From a virus: 64,000 nucleotides of DNA. Positions 53,713-63,596 of this stretch are shown here, piece after piece. The notes under the pieces were generated by a model. It had not been told where the DNA came from. It saw nothing but the letters and a program-made list of their open reading frames with translations, and ran no database searches. Positions within the stretch are counted from its first letter, which is position 1, and each line of letters begins with the position of its first letter. The stretch covers positions 32,001-96,000 of IMG/VR virus record IMGVR_UViG_3300003323_000257; one strand, given 5' to 3'. The position numbers and the translations under genes are program-made.

Positions 53713-54399
53713 ATGTCAATGAATTCAGTTAATGATCGTCTTGAAGAGGCAATCGAGGACGCCAAATACGAAGGCTACGTGGTGGGATTCGTTACAGAAA
53801 ATAACGATCCAAAGGGCGTAGCACGAGTCAAGGTGAAAATCCCGCAGGTACTTGATACTGACCAGGGTCCTGTACCCTGGTGCTTGCCTTCTAAGAAGTC
53901 TCCTTTTGGCCAAGGGATGGGCTACGGAGTATATGGTTCACCAAAGATCGGAAGTCCTGTTCGGATTACCTTTCAAAATGGAGATCCTCATTATCCAGTT
54001 TATGAGTGTGATGAGTATTTGGCAACGCACGCTAATCCAAAGTTCCAAGATCCTAACACCTGGGGATATAAAGATCCTGGCGGATCGGAATTGTTCGTCA
54101 ACATGACAACTGGAGCATGGGAATGGACTCACCAAACCGGATCATTATTCAAATACGATGGACAAGGTAATCTGACCGTCCATAACGTTAAGAACGAAAC
54201 TACTCAGGTTGATGGTAACTCTCAGAAAACCATCAACGGAACTCTGAATTTCACTGTAATAGGAAATGCTACTTTTGATGTTCAAGGTTCTTTGCAGGCC
54301 ACTGTAGGCGGCGGAGCCACCATGAACGTTACAGGCGACACCAATCTGACTTCGAGTGGTGCCGTGAATATATCCGGCTCTACCATCAACCTGAACTGA
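53713..54399 (+). CDS. Baseplate central spike (gp5/gpV-like)
   Basis: DPKGVARVKVKIP OB-fold, P.IGS.V.I.F.NGD...P, and C-terminal V.G beta-helix repeats. Confidence 0.8.
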   Translation: MSMNSVNDRLEEAIEDAKYEGYVVGFVTENNDPKGVARVKVKIPQVLDTDQGPVPWCLPSKKSPFGQGMGYGVYGSPKIGSPVRITFQNGDPHYPVYECDEYLATHANPKFQDPNTWGYKDPGGSELFVNMTTGAWEWTHQTGSLFKYDGQGNLTVHNVKNETTQVDGNSQKTINGTLNFTVIGNATFDVQGSLQATVGGGATMNVTGDTNLTSSGAVNISGSTINLN

Positions 54400-54407
54400 G
54401 GCCTTTA

Positions 54408-54665
54408 ATGTCAGCTGTATCTAGATTAGGTGACTCGTCAACACACGGTGGCTCCATAATTTCAGCATCCACAAATAAGAAGGCAAACAGTAAAGGCATT
54501 GCTAGACAAGGAGATCAGTTTCAATGTCCTACGCACGGTCTTCAAACACTGAATGCTATAACCACTAAGACCTTTGTAGATGGTAGGTTAGTAATAACTG
54601 TAGGGGCTCATGTTACCTGCGGTGCTACCATCACTCAAGGCAGCCCAAACGTAAATGCGGAGTAA
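54408..54665 (+). CDS. PAAR-like spike tip protein
   Basis: RLGDSSTHGG.I...ARQGD...CP.HG...G....CGA.I..GS. Confidence 0.85.
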   Translation: MSAVSRLGDSSTHGGSIISASTNKKANSKGIARQGDQFQCPTHGLQTLNAITTKTFVDGRLVITVGAHVTCGATITQGSPNVNAE

Positions 54666-54668
54666 ACA

Positions 54669-55082
54669 ATGGCGACCGCCTACCAGCTGAGTCTTGCCGA
54701 TGCTTCGTGGATCGATGTCAATACCGATTTCACGTTAAACAATCTGCCTGACCGAATACCAGACGATCTGTCAATCGTCTATGCCTCTTTGATCAATCTA
54801 TTCAGGTGTCCAATAGGAGCAAGGGGAAAAATCTTCCAACCAGAATACGGATCAGAGTGGTATCAATTCCTGCAAGAACCTATAGATCAAGTCACAGCGG
54901 CCAAGATGCAAATCGCAATGATACAGGCTATTGCCCGATGGGAACCTCGGATCCAACTTGACTACTCAAAAACCTCAATCACGGCAAACACCTTGATACC
55001 GGGCTACGAGGTCCGCATTGTAGGTGTAGATACATTAACCAAAGGCGTCATTGCGCTTTCATTCCAAGAACAGGCAGGCTAA
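54669..55082 (+). CDS. Baseplate wedge protein (gp25-like)
   Basis: IGARGKIFQPEYGS...FLQEP...AIARWEPRI. Confidence 0.85.
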   Translation: MATAYQLSLADASWIDVNTDFTLNNLPDRIPDDLSIVYASLINLFRCPIGARGKIFQPEYGSEWYQFLQEPIDQVTAAKMQIAMIQAIARWEPRIQLDYSKTSITANTLIPGYEVRIVGVDTLTKGVIALSFQEQAG

Positions 55083-55083
55083 G

Positions 55084-56841
55084 ATGGCTCAAGACCTCGT
55101 AATTCCGGATACCGCTACCGATTTCACCGATTTTGTCAACACGTTCCAAGACTATTTGTCCACAAAAGACGTTTGGCGCGGCACACTGACTACGATGACC
55201 TCGCAGACCTTGATTGAGCTTGTGGCTGCGGTAGGTACTTTCATGGAAGCTCGCAATATCCGCGTTGCTGAAGATGCTTTTGCAGAGACCGCTCAATCGG
55301 ATGATTCTATCCGATCGATCACTCAAATGCAAGGTCTACGTATGACCCGCAAACTGCCTGCGGGTCTGGAAGTTACAATGACTTCTACAATTACGCAGAC
55401 TATCAATCCGATGACACAGTTCCTGTGTGCAGGTCAGTACTACTTCAACAGGGAGCAGTTATTCTTCCAAGCCGGTGTGGCTCAAAGTATTACATTGTTC
55501 CAAGGGCAGGTGTTTGCCTTTGCAATGAATGGCTTAGGTAGCCCCCGTCAAACCTTCCTGTCAGACGAGGATGCCTTCGCAGTGTCTGACCAAGACGTGA
55601 GGGTATACATCAATAGCACTCTGATTCCAAAAACATTCGGTACTCTCTGGAATTACAGAGACCTGCCGGCGTACGGTGATCTCACAACCTCAGATGGTCG
55701 TCTATTGATCGTGTTTGGCTCCGAACAATTTGGCTATACTCCATTAGTGGCCGATACAGTAGTGATTCAATACGCCATAACACAAGGTGCTGATGGCTCC
55801 AATCAAACACTACAAGGTAAGCCTGTAACAGTCGACGGCCATCCTGAAATCACAGGGAACGCTACAGCGAATCCTACGGGTGGTGGTGATGAACAGCCGG
55901 TGCAGACTTATAAGAACCTGAGTTCTGGTGCATTTGGTACATACTCTTCGGCTGTGACCAAATCGCAATATCTGGCAACCATCGGTACATATCCAGGTGT
56001 AATCGATTCGGTGACTCAAGCACAACGCGACATCAACCCAATGGCTTTGGAATGGATGAATGTCATTCGTATTTCTGCACTGACTACCACCCAATGGACG
56101 CAGCAACAGCAGCAGGACTACATAAAATACCTGCAGACTGTAACGATGTATGCACCTCGATTCGTATGGCAGGATCCTGTTCCAGTGCTTCAAACAATCG
56201 AGGTCACGGTCTATTGCTTTAACACTGCTATTCTCTCCAAGGTGCAGGCAGACTGTGAGGCCAAAATTGAGCAATTGTTTGCTCCGCGCAGTGGCTTGTT
56301 GATGACCAACTTCTATAACTACGATTTGGAGAACGCTTGTCGTATTGCAGGAGCTGGTGCTGTTTCGTACGTAAAGGTTACCAAACCTGTCGATCCAATG
56401 ATTGTGACTGCCCCTCCTAGCCCTTCTGTTGAATACGAAATCATCACGGGTGCAGGTACACTTACCCCTCTGGTGTATGCGTATGGTATATCTGCTGTTA
56501 ATGCTGATGGAGAAGAAGGCCCGCCGGCTAACTGGGTGTTCCCGCAAATCACCAAAGTGATGGGTAACTCAAACTCAGTTAAGCTAACGTGGCTCCCTTT
56601 AGAAATTGCAGTGTCCTACAAGGTATATGGACGTAAGGCAGGTTCTGTTGGATTGCTGGCCACCATACCAGCTACGAATCCTCTAACTTTCACAGACGAT
56701 GGCAGCATTACTCCTGGTGTCGCCCCTCCAGGAACAGCCAATGTACCAATTCGCTACAACAAGATCCAGCAGTTGACCGTCAACGTGGTGTTTGCAGAAC
56801 GTCAGCAGCGCATTCAAGACACTCCAACTAGGCTAGCATAA
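55084..56841 (+). CDS. Baseplate wedge protein (gp6/baseplate J-like)
   Basis: EDAFAETAQSDDSI, A.GG.DEQP, AVTKSQY; position after gp25. Confidence 0.75.
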   Translation: MAQDLVIPDTATDFTDFVNTFQDYLSTKDVWRGTLTTMTSQTLIELVAAVGTFMEARNIRVAEDAFAETAQSDDSIRSITQMQGLRMTRKLPAGLEVTMTSTITQTINPMTQFLCAGQYYFNREQLFFQAGVAQSITLFQGQVFAFAMNGLGSPRQTFLSDEDAFAVSDQDVRVYINSTLIPKTFGTLWNYRDLPAYGDLTTSDGRLLIVFGSEQFGYTPLVADTVVIQYAITQGADGSNQTLQGKPVTVDGHPEITGNATANPTGGGDEQPVQTYKNLSSGAFGTYSSAVTKSQYLATIGTYPGVIDSVTQAQRDINPMALEWMNVIRISALTTTQWTQQQQQDYIKYLQTVTMYAPRFVWQDPVPVLQTIEVTVYCFNTAILSKVQADCEAKIEQLFAPRSGLLMTNFYNYDLENACRIAGAGAVSYVKVTKPVDPMIVTAPPSPSVEYEIITGAGTLTPLVYAYGISAVNADGEEGPPANWVFPQITKVMGNSNSVKLTWLPLEIAVSYKVYGRKAGSVGLLATIPATNPLTFTDDGSITPGVAPPGTANVPIRYNKIQQLTVNVVFAERQQRIQDTPTRLA

Positions 56842-56842
56842 T

Positions 56843-57040
56843 ATGGTCTATATGTACAAGCATGGCAATCGTTACTTCGTTGCCGAAGGCTCTTCACTGG
56901 AAGAGGCTGTAATCAAGTTCTTTAACATGATTCTCAGTACTCCTAGTTCTAAAACGTTTGAAGTTGGAGGTATAACAGTGACTGAATGTCCTGAACGAAT
57001 GGTCTCAACACCTGAACTACGAGAGGTCATGTATAGGTGA
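56843..57040 (+). CDS. Small hypothetical protein inside the cassette
   Basis: 65-aa ORF starting inside the left direct repeat. Confidence 0.5.
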   Translation: MVYMYKHGNRYFVAEGSSLEEAVIKFFNMILSTPSSKTFEVGGITVTECPERMVSTPELREVMYR

Positions 57041-57048
57041 TAACTCCG

Positions 57049-57058
57049 ACAATTTAAT
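57049..57058 (+). promoter_or_regulatory. Putative late promoter, ACAATTTAAT motif
   Basis: Exact 10-mer; shares acaatttaatgactg with 45907. Confidence 0.55.
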
Positions 57059-57132
57059 GACTGAACGCGTGAGGGAAAAGGCCGGCCAGCCCTGCGATGC
57101 CGCAATCATCGCTACCTCTCGTGGTTCAGTCA
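57058..57132 (+). ncRNA. Structured leader (three-way junction) of the GIY-YIG gene
   Basis: tgactgaac/gttcagtca closing stem with inner gcgatg/catcgc hairpin. Confidence 0.45.
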
Positions 57133-57155
57133 CCTAACTATTGCGGAGTTATCAG

Positions 57156-58161
57156 ATGTCTCGTTCAGAACGAATGGCACCTTTAGCTGCCATTATCAAT
57201 TCCTATAAGACCAATACTCAGCCATATACCAACTACCTACACAACTTAGCTGCATTAGCTATCCAACTCAAGAGCCTCAAAGATGACCGATGGATTCTAG
57301 AAGAGGAGCTATGCGAGCACTACGTTTACGTGTACCTAGATCAACGTAAACCACATGGAAAATACAAATATGTTTGTCCAAGTGGTAGGATTGTAGCGTT
57401 CCCACATCCACCTTTCTATGTTGGCAAGGGAAAACACGGAAGAGTGGATGCTCATCTAAGTGAAGCAGAAAAGCGCAAAGGAAAACCTGGCCAACACGGA
57501 CATAAACTAAATACTATCTGGGCCATTCAAGATGAACTTGGTGTCGATCCAATTAGGATAGTTACAGCTTCATTGCAAACAGATTGGATGGCACAAGCCT
57601 TAGAGATAGACCTCATAGCTGGAATAGGAAGAAAAAATCTCAAACTAGGACCTTTAACCAATCTAACAAATGGTGGAGACGGAAGTAGTGGAAACGTACC
57701 GACTGTAGAGGCTAGATTAAAAGCTAGTGAATCTAATAAAGGTATGAAGTTTTCCAGTGTTTCTGTGAGAAAGCGGGTAAAAACCAGAACACTACGCGGT
57801 AGGTACGCTGTTCCTCTTGAGCGTCGCAAAAAGATAGGTAACAAGCTAACAGGTCGTAAGAATGGACCACCTTCTGAGGAAACTCGTAAAAAGATAAGTG
57901 TGTCCAACACAGGAAAAATAATCTCAGAGGAAACAAGGAGAAGACAGCGTGAGGCAAAGCTAGGTGGTTCTCTATCAAAAAAATCATAGAAAACATATAA
58001 GTGAATCTATGAAAAATTATAAAATGACAGACGAACACAGAAAAAATCTAAGTAAGAGTGCACAAAATCAACCTATTGCCAGATGTCCGCACTGCCCTAT
58101 GTCAGGTAAACTAGGTGCCATGACGCGCTGGCATTTTAATAATTGTAGACACCGAACATAA
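57156..58161 (+). pseudogene. GIY-YIG (LEM-3-like) homing endonuclease with NUMOD3 repeats, frameshifted at an A7 run
   Basis: YVYVYLD...PFYVGKG..GR...H...LEIDLI..IGR...GPLTNLTNGGDG. The tail SEETR.KIS...CPHC...M.RWH.NNC is split across two frames at 57977-57983. Confidence 0.75.
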
Positions 58162-58162
58162 T

Positions 58163-59359
58163 ATGGAAACTGCTAAAGAGCGACAGCGTTTAGGAATTAC
58201 AGTTCCTCGTAGTACATTACTCCCTCCTTATCTGGCGTCGAATGACTATTTTATTGAATACTGCAATGCAATGGACACTATATACGGTCCTACCATTGAC
58301 TCCCAATTGAATGTACTTAAAAACATAAGAAACGTTTGGCCACAGAGCCCTCAAACAGAAACCTATGTAGATTCCAATCAGATAATTCCAAGTGAAGCCT
58401 GGCCTAGGTTTAGTAGAGATTTAATTGTTAAAATCACCAACAGCCTCGGAATGAAGCTCCAATCGGCAGGTGTGGTATCTGACGATGCATACCAAACGAT
58501 CAGTAGATTTGTAGGCATGTATTGGTTCGGGAAGGGTACTGGGGCTTTTATAGAATTCATCAACTACTGTTTGTCTTCGGATTTTCAAGTGTTCAACCTG
58601 TGGACAACAGACTACGTGAACTTTGTTCCAGAGGGGGACTCCTCTATAGGTACACCAATATGGGATGGGGGCCCCTGGTATCCAACAACTCATGTGCTAA
58701 TAGAAGCGCACGGAGGTCTGCAAGGCATTGATATTCTGACCCTTCAGCAATTTTTCTACGAAATTGCAAACTACAATTTGGTGCTACAGGCCATCGATGC
58801 TTCATTTGATATGTACATTGTGCCAGATAACACTCCTGACGGAAAGACCGCAGACATAGTTGCTATGGGGCTGGCTAATGATTTCCAAGTTGTGCTATCC
58901 AACTTCGTTAATCGCGGCGCGGCACCTCCTCCGATGTTTGCGACCGAGCAGTTACCATCTACCTATTACGCTATGGGCGGAGTGGATGCAGACTTCTCTA
59001 CGGCCTTCCTGTTGGCACAACCTACCGGATGGACGTACATAGACGACGCGCTGACCATGAAGGTGCCGGTGTACAATACGCATGCTCAATTGGTAACCGA
59101 TGAGGCTGACATTGGAGTAAAGCTTGTAGGTAATAATGGACCACAGTTTAATCTCCTGTATGGACCAGTTCAATGGATGAAGGTACCTGGCTCTTCAAGC
59201 TCGAATGCACGCATTCCATACTTCACTACTGGAAGTTCCACTATCAAAGATGGTGTTCAGGTTTCAGCACGTGCTGTAGGTATGCAGCGCACACAATTAC
59301 TGGTTAATCCAACAGGTTTCTTCCAATTGGCCCCAGGACAATATGTCCCATACTGGTAA
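58163..59359 (+). CDS. Baseplate wedge protein (gp7/gpI-like)
   Basis: Follows baseplate J once the cassette is removed; WF.KGT..FIEFI motif. Confidence 0.6.
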   Translation: METAKERQRLGITVPRSTLLPPYLASNDYFIEYCNAMDTIYGPTIDSQLNVLKNIRNVWPQSPQTETYVDSNQIIPSEAWPRFSRDLIVKITNSLGMKLQSAGVVSDDAYQTISRFVGMYWFGKGTGAFIEFINYCLSSDFQVFNLWTTDYVNFVPEGDSSIGTPIWDGGPWYPTTHVLIEAHGGLQGIDILTLQQFFYEIANYNLVLQAIDASFDMYIVPDNTPDGKTADIVAMGLANDFQVVLSNFVNRGAAPPPMFATEQLPSTYYAMGGVDADFSTAFLLAQPTGWTYIDDALTMKVPVYNTHAQLVTDEADIGVKLVGNNGPQFNLLYGPVQWMKVPGSSSSNARIPYFTTGSSTIKDGVQVSARAVGMQRTQLLVNPTGFFQLAPGQYVPYW

Positions 59360-59371
59360 ACGAAAGACATC

Positions 59372-60478
59372 ATGACGATCTCCTACTACAAAGCAGTTAT
59401 TTATAAGAACTCAACTCATCAACCTCTTGGAACAGGCGACAAGCTGACTGCGGACTCCATTCCTGTCTCTGCATTACCTGGTAACGGCATTCGTGCTGTC
59501 TCCGATGGGCTCTATGTAGGTGGAGCTACTCCTCAAGTATATTATGTCAGTACTTCGTTAGGTAACGATGTGCCGACCGCAGGATCCAAAGCTGCCCCTT
59601 ACAAAACATTGTCCTATGCACTGGATCAGATTATTGCCAATTACGATTTGAATAATCCTGGATCTACTCAGAATATTCTAGGCAATGTTACGGTTGCTTT
59701 GAAGGCAGGTGAAACTTTCCCTTTAGATAAATCATACGAGATTTATGGTTATTTGCGTCTTACATTCTGGGGTGATCCACAATACGGAGATTTTAATGGA
59801 CCAACCGTAGGACTAGCGCAGGCAGCTTTCTTGAGTGATCTGCAGCGCCCTATAATAGCTCCTGCAATCCAGCCGTCTACTGTTAATGGTGTAAACCATT
59901 TTCAAGCTCACGACGCCTCACCTCCGGCCACGTTAAATCTCTTTGGAGTTCGCGTTGATCTCCCAGCAGGTGCGGCCAGCAATTCTGATTACTGCTCCTT
60001 CTTTAACACAGCATATTCAGAAGGTGGACGCCTTCAGCTATGGGGTTCCATTATCAACAGACTGGATACTACAAGCTCATACGGTGCTTTCGGAGTTCAC
60101 GCACGTTCACATAATGCAATCCTGGAACAGTATTGCAGCCAATTTTGGATTCAAGGGCAACCTATAGTTCCCGTAACTGGAGGCTTTCAACCAACTAATG
60201 ATCAACTATTAGCACGTAAATGGTTTATCATTTTCTATCCTGACTTACACGGCAACAACCAATCAGGTGGTCAACTTTTAGACGGCCCAGCTCCGAGTGG
60301 ATTGATGCAACTTATCTGGAGTGTGGTGCCGAACGAACCTGTTCCTGTAGGAAAAACCAATTTGGCTACCTTCCCAGTATTGAACGATCAATCTTTTGGG
60401 ATCGCAAATTATTTCTTCAATCTGACTCGTGACAATCAGAGTAGGCCGCTGAACTGCCAGAGTGCCCAACTCTTCTAA
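59372..60478 (+). CDS. Baseplate/tail-associated structural protein
   Basis: YYVSTSLGND...GSKAAPYKTLSYAL motif typical of beta-helix-proximal domains. Confidence 0.6.
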   Translation: MTISYYKAVIYKNSTHQPLGTGDKLTADSIPVSALPGNGIRAVSDGLYVGGATPQVYYVSTSLGNDVPTAGSKAAPYKTLSYALDQIIANYDLNNPGSTQNILGNVTVALKAGETFPLDKSYEIYGYLRLTFWGDPQYGDFNGPTVGLAQAAFLSDLQRPIIAPAIQPSTVNGVNHFQAHDASPPATLNLFGVRVDLPAGAASNSDYCSFFNTAYSEGGRLQLWGSIINRLDTTSSYGAFGVHARSHNAILEQYCSQFWIQGQPIVPVTGGFQPTNDQLLARKWFIIFYPDLHGNNQSGGQLLDGPAPSGLMQLIWSVVPNEPVPVGKTNLATFPVLNDQSFGIANYFFNLTRDNQSRPLNCQSAQLF

Positions 60479-60490
60479 AGGAACTACACA

Positions 60491-62158
60491 ATGCCTACCT
60501 TTCAAACACCTCAGCTTATCATTACCACAGCGGGACTGGCGGCCGCCTCGGTAGCAACTCCAACAGGACCGTTCATTGAGATCGATAAATTCCAGATCGG
60601 TTCGGCCTACGGATACACACCTCAAAAAACCGACACCTCGATTAATGGTGATCTGCTGTTCGAAGGCGCTCCGCTTACCTACAAATATGTAGGTGATAAC
60701 ACTCTGGATATCGTGTGTCGTCTGCCTGTGGACGCTGGTCCTTTCCAATTCGGCGAGGTAGCACTGTTTCTCACAGGCGGCGTAATGTTTGCCAAGGCAG
60801 CATTTGCTGATCCGCAAATTAAGTACTCCAGTTTGGGTACCAATGTGTTGTCCACGTACACCTTCAACTGCCTGCTGAAACTAGATCAATCGGTAGCAGT
60901 GTTTAAGATCAACACGAATTGTTTGCCTCCAGATATCTGGGAAGTTGATTTGTGGTCTGATGTTTATCCATCTGGCATTTCGGCGAACCCTGATATCCCA
61001 GCCATTCTGGTACGCGAACCTGATGTCTATGGAAACTCTACTCTGATTACCAAAGCATCGGACGTACACTGGTCAATGGCCGGTAATTATCGTGCAGTGA
61101 ATCAAGGTACAGTGGTAGCCTCCACAACTACCTCGATTGATTTTGCTCAGTCAGAGCTGATTAATGTGAACCCAGGCACGCTAGCCAATGAGTACGTGAT
61201 TGAGACCGCGGATGGATACTTGCGTGCGTGTTCCAGTGAGGTGTTTGTAGGATCAAACATTCGGTTCAATCTGACCGCACCCCTTCCGGTAGCACCACCA
61301 GTTGGATCCAAAATTATATTGAACTCGATGCTTACGAATCAGACTCGTTTGATCATAGAGGGTTCTGCATCAGGTAGTGCAATCATAAAAGGCAGTAGTG
61401 TTCACATGAATCTGGCAATTACGCCAGGTGCTGCACTGGCACGATCACAGACGTGGAAGACTGCAGGTATCTATCAATTCACTGTACCTGATGATGTACA
61501 TTTCCTGTATCTGGATGGCGGCGGTGCAGGTGCTGGTGGCGGGGGTGCAGGCGGGGGTTGGCCGACCTCAGATTGGCCCTACACCTCAGAACCTGGATGG
61601 ACCAACGCTCAAGCATATTTGGCTGGTGGCGGTGGCGGTGGCGGTGGTGCAGGTCACAGTGAAACCTCCCTGGTAATTCCTGTTAATCCAGGGGAGATCG
61701 TCACAATCGTAATTGGTGCTAAGGGTTTAGGTGGTGCTGGTGGCGCACCAGGTAACAACGGTATTGATGGCACAGATGGTGGCGCAACTACCATCAGCGG
61801 CTCCTTCGGAACAATTACTCTTCCAGGTGGTACAGGTGGTGGTGCGGGTGCAGGTTATGGATTACCGTCTGGTCAAACTGGTGCAGGCGGCCCTCCAGGG
61901 TTGCCAGGCGGTTTCTTTGGCATTGACGGCCACGTTGGTTGCGCAGGGGGCAACGGTGGCACTTCTCCATTTGGTGCTGGTGGTCCAGGTGGTCGCGGTG
62001 CTACTGCAGGCCCAGGCAATAAAGGTGCCGACGGTGGCGATGGTAGTGACAATTCTTCTGGTGGTGGCGGTGGTGGTGCGGTATATATCGCTACCTCGAC
62101 CAATACTGGTGGGGATGGCGGTGATGGTACTGACGGATTTGCGAATCTGCGTTGGTAA
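60491..62158 (+). CDS. Tail fibre protein with Gly-rich C-terminal domain
   Basis: N-terminal IITTAGLAAA...FQIGS baseplate-docking motif; C-terminal FTVP...GGGAGAGGGG repeats. Confidence 0.75.
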   Translation: MPTFQTPQLIITTAGLAAASVATPTGPFIEIDKFQIGSAYGYTPQKTDTSINGDLLFEGAPLTYKYVGDNTLDIVCRLPVDAGPFQFGEVALFLTGGVMFAKAAFADPQIKYSSLGTNVLSTYTFNCLLKLDQSVAVFKINTNCLPPDIWEVDLWSDVYPSGISANPDIPAILVREPDVYGNSTLITKASDVHWSMAGNYRAVNQGTVVASTTTSIDFAQSELINVNPGTLANEYVIETADGYLRACSSEVFVGSNIRFNLTAPLPVAPPVGSKIILNSMLTNQTRLIIEGSASGSAIIKGSSVHMNLAITPGAALARSQTWKTAGIYQFTVPDDVHFLYLDGGGAGAGGGGAGGGWPTSDWPYTSEPGWTNAQAYLAGGGGGGGGAGHSETSLVIPVNPGEIVTIVIGAKGLGGAGGAPGNNGIDGTDGGATTISGSFGTITLPGGTGGGAGAGYGLPSGQTGAGGPPGLPGGFFGIDGHVGCAGGNGGTSPFGAGGPGGRGATAGPGNKGADGGDGSDNSSGGGGGGAVYIATSTNTGGDGGDGTDGFANLRW

Positions 62159-62161
62159 ATA

Positions 62162-62199
62162 AAAGAGGGAGCTTCCTTTTGATAGGAAGCTCCCTCTTT
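62162..62199. terminator. Bidirectional terminator between convergent genes
   Basis: aaagagggagcttcct-tttgat-aggaagctccctcttt, 16-bp stem. Confidence 0.85.
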
Positions 62200-62200
62200 C

Positions 62201-62587
62201 TCATTGTGCTGTCGTCACGTAATGTAGATTTGCTCGTACAGTTTCCGTATTGATGTTGGTCAACTTGAACGTTCGAAACTCGGTATCTAAAACCATCATT
62301 CGATTGACCGGCAGTTTAACCGTAGTGTTGTCAGGCTGTATGCCTTCGAATATCAGGTTGCCTGAACAGGAGATCACTATGCGTTGAAACGTCTCCTGTG
62401 GATTCGATTGCCATATCTTTAACTCCTGGAGTTCAATATAGGAGTCTTGAATATTGGCACCGTCCGCAAAGTATAGAGCAGAATAGTTCCCTACCTGCCG
62501 TTGGACTTGATTACGTCCCACATTCACCTGTAGCTGCAAACCTAGGCTTTGAGGTGGGGTCAAGCCTTGACTAACTATGGCCACCAT
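62201..62587 (-). CDS. Hypothetical protein
   Basis: 128 aa; AGGAGG RBS on the minus strand. Confidence 0.7.
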   Translation of the reverse strand: MVAIVSQGLTPPQSLGLQLQVNVGRNQVQRQVGNYSALYFADGANIQDSYIELQELKIWQSNPQETFQRIVISCSGNLIFEGIQPDNTTVKLPVNRMMVLDTEFRTFKLTNINTETVRANLHYVTTAQ

Positions 62588-62789
62588 TCTTTCTCCTCCT
62601 TAAGAAATCGTATTCGTCCCTACATTCAGGACTACAGAACACCTTTGGATATTCAAGGTCGTCCTCACATTTTGGATTTTGGCAGCTTCCATTTGGGGTC
62701 ATACGAGTCGATAAATTCCTGCGCTCTCTGTCAATAGCGGCTGCTGTAACGAGTTCAGTCATTTCTGAGCTAATGTCTGCAAAGTCCAT
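62571..62789 (-). CDS. TraR/DksA-like C4 zinc-finger protein
   Basis: MDFAD.SSE..E....AAI...R; G.CQNPKC...FCSPECRDEY. Confidence 0.7.
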   Translation of the reverse strand: MDFADISSEMTELVTAAAIDRERRNLSTRMTPNGSCQNPKCEDDLEYPKVFCSPECRDEYDFLRRRKNGGHS

Positions 62790-62790
62790 A

Positions 62791-63501
62791 TTAATTCTCC
62801 AACAGCAGTTTTGGTGTCTCCAGTTCTTGGATAACTTTATTCATTGTTTGCTCCGGAGCCACCAGTTGCCCCCTTGTGTCTCGCGCTCCTATCAAGGCAA
62901 TCTTATCATGCATAATCTGAATATAAGGAGCAATCTCGTCCTTGAATTTTGGATGCAATCGCATCGTATCAAAATGATCGTGAGGAATTGTACCTGCAGT
63001 GATCAAAAAGTTTTCAGTACGTCGCTTTAGCTCTCCCAACCATTCATCTTCCTGTGATGCTTCCGACATTTCCAAGATAGGTAGATGGGCATGTTTGCAG
63101 TTTGGCTTGATCTCTAACATCAGGGCTTCGATATCGGCCAACTCCTGTTTTGCCGCCTCAAAATTCATATCCCATACAGGAATGTCAGCTTCAACTTCCA
63201 GGCGTTCTGCTTCAGCTTCCAGTAGGTCAGCCTCTGCTTTCAGAATTACGTGAAGTAGGCCAGTGCCTTCATTATTCTTAGCAGCGTCCAACACATGCTG
63301 AGCTTCTGCTTGTTTTGCTTCAGCCGCCTTAAGGCGCGCCTGCCGCTTTTTAAGTTGCGACTCTGCGTGCCGTAACTTACCTTGCATATCAATCAGTTGA
63401 CCATACATCAGTACGTAGGCGCCATCTGGGGTGGAACACGATCCAGCTAGAAAATGGCGAAGTTGGAACCTACTATTTTGGCGATGCGGTTTTGAATTCA
63501 A
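62791..63501 (-). CDS. Coiled-coil hypothetical protein
   Basis: 236 aa, TTG start after AAGGAG. Confidence 0.65.
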   Translation of the reverse strand: MNSKPHRQNSRFQLRHFLAGSCSTPDGAYVLMYGQLIDMQGKLRHAESQLKKRQARLKAAEAKQAEAQHVLDAAKNNEGTGLLHVILKAEADLLEAEAERLEVEADIPVWDMNFEAAKQELADIEALMLEIKPNCKHAHLPILEMSEASQEDEWLGELKRRTENFLITAGTIPHDHFDTMRLHPKFKDEIAPYIQIMHDKIALIGARDTRGQLVAPEQTMNKVIQELETPKLLLEN

Positions 63502-63559
63502 AATTATACTCCTTTAGCGGAAGGGTTGTGTTCTCTTAATGGAACCGATCTAAAATTGT

Positions 63560-63591
63560 AAAAGAGGACTGCCCGTTAAGACAGTCCTCTC
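63560..63591 (-). terminator. Intrinsic terminator (minus strand)
   Basis: agaggactg/cagtcctct stem with a U tract on the minus strand. Confidence 0.75.
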
Positions 63592-63596
63592 TAACA

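Larger units (their letters stand above)
56837..58166 (+). mobile_element. 1.32-kb endonuclease cassette flanked by a 10-bp direct repeat
   Basis: CATAATATGG at 56837-56846 and 58157-58166 (stop-t-start junction) brackets a small ORF, a promoter, a structured leader and a GIY-YIG gene. Confidence 0.6.

Noticed and set aside
61540-62140. GGT/GGC-rich tract as a G-quadruplex or repeat element
   Set aside because: Explained by the Gly-rich tail-fibre domain; G runs are mostly only two long.
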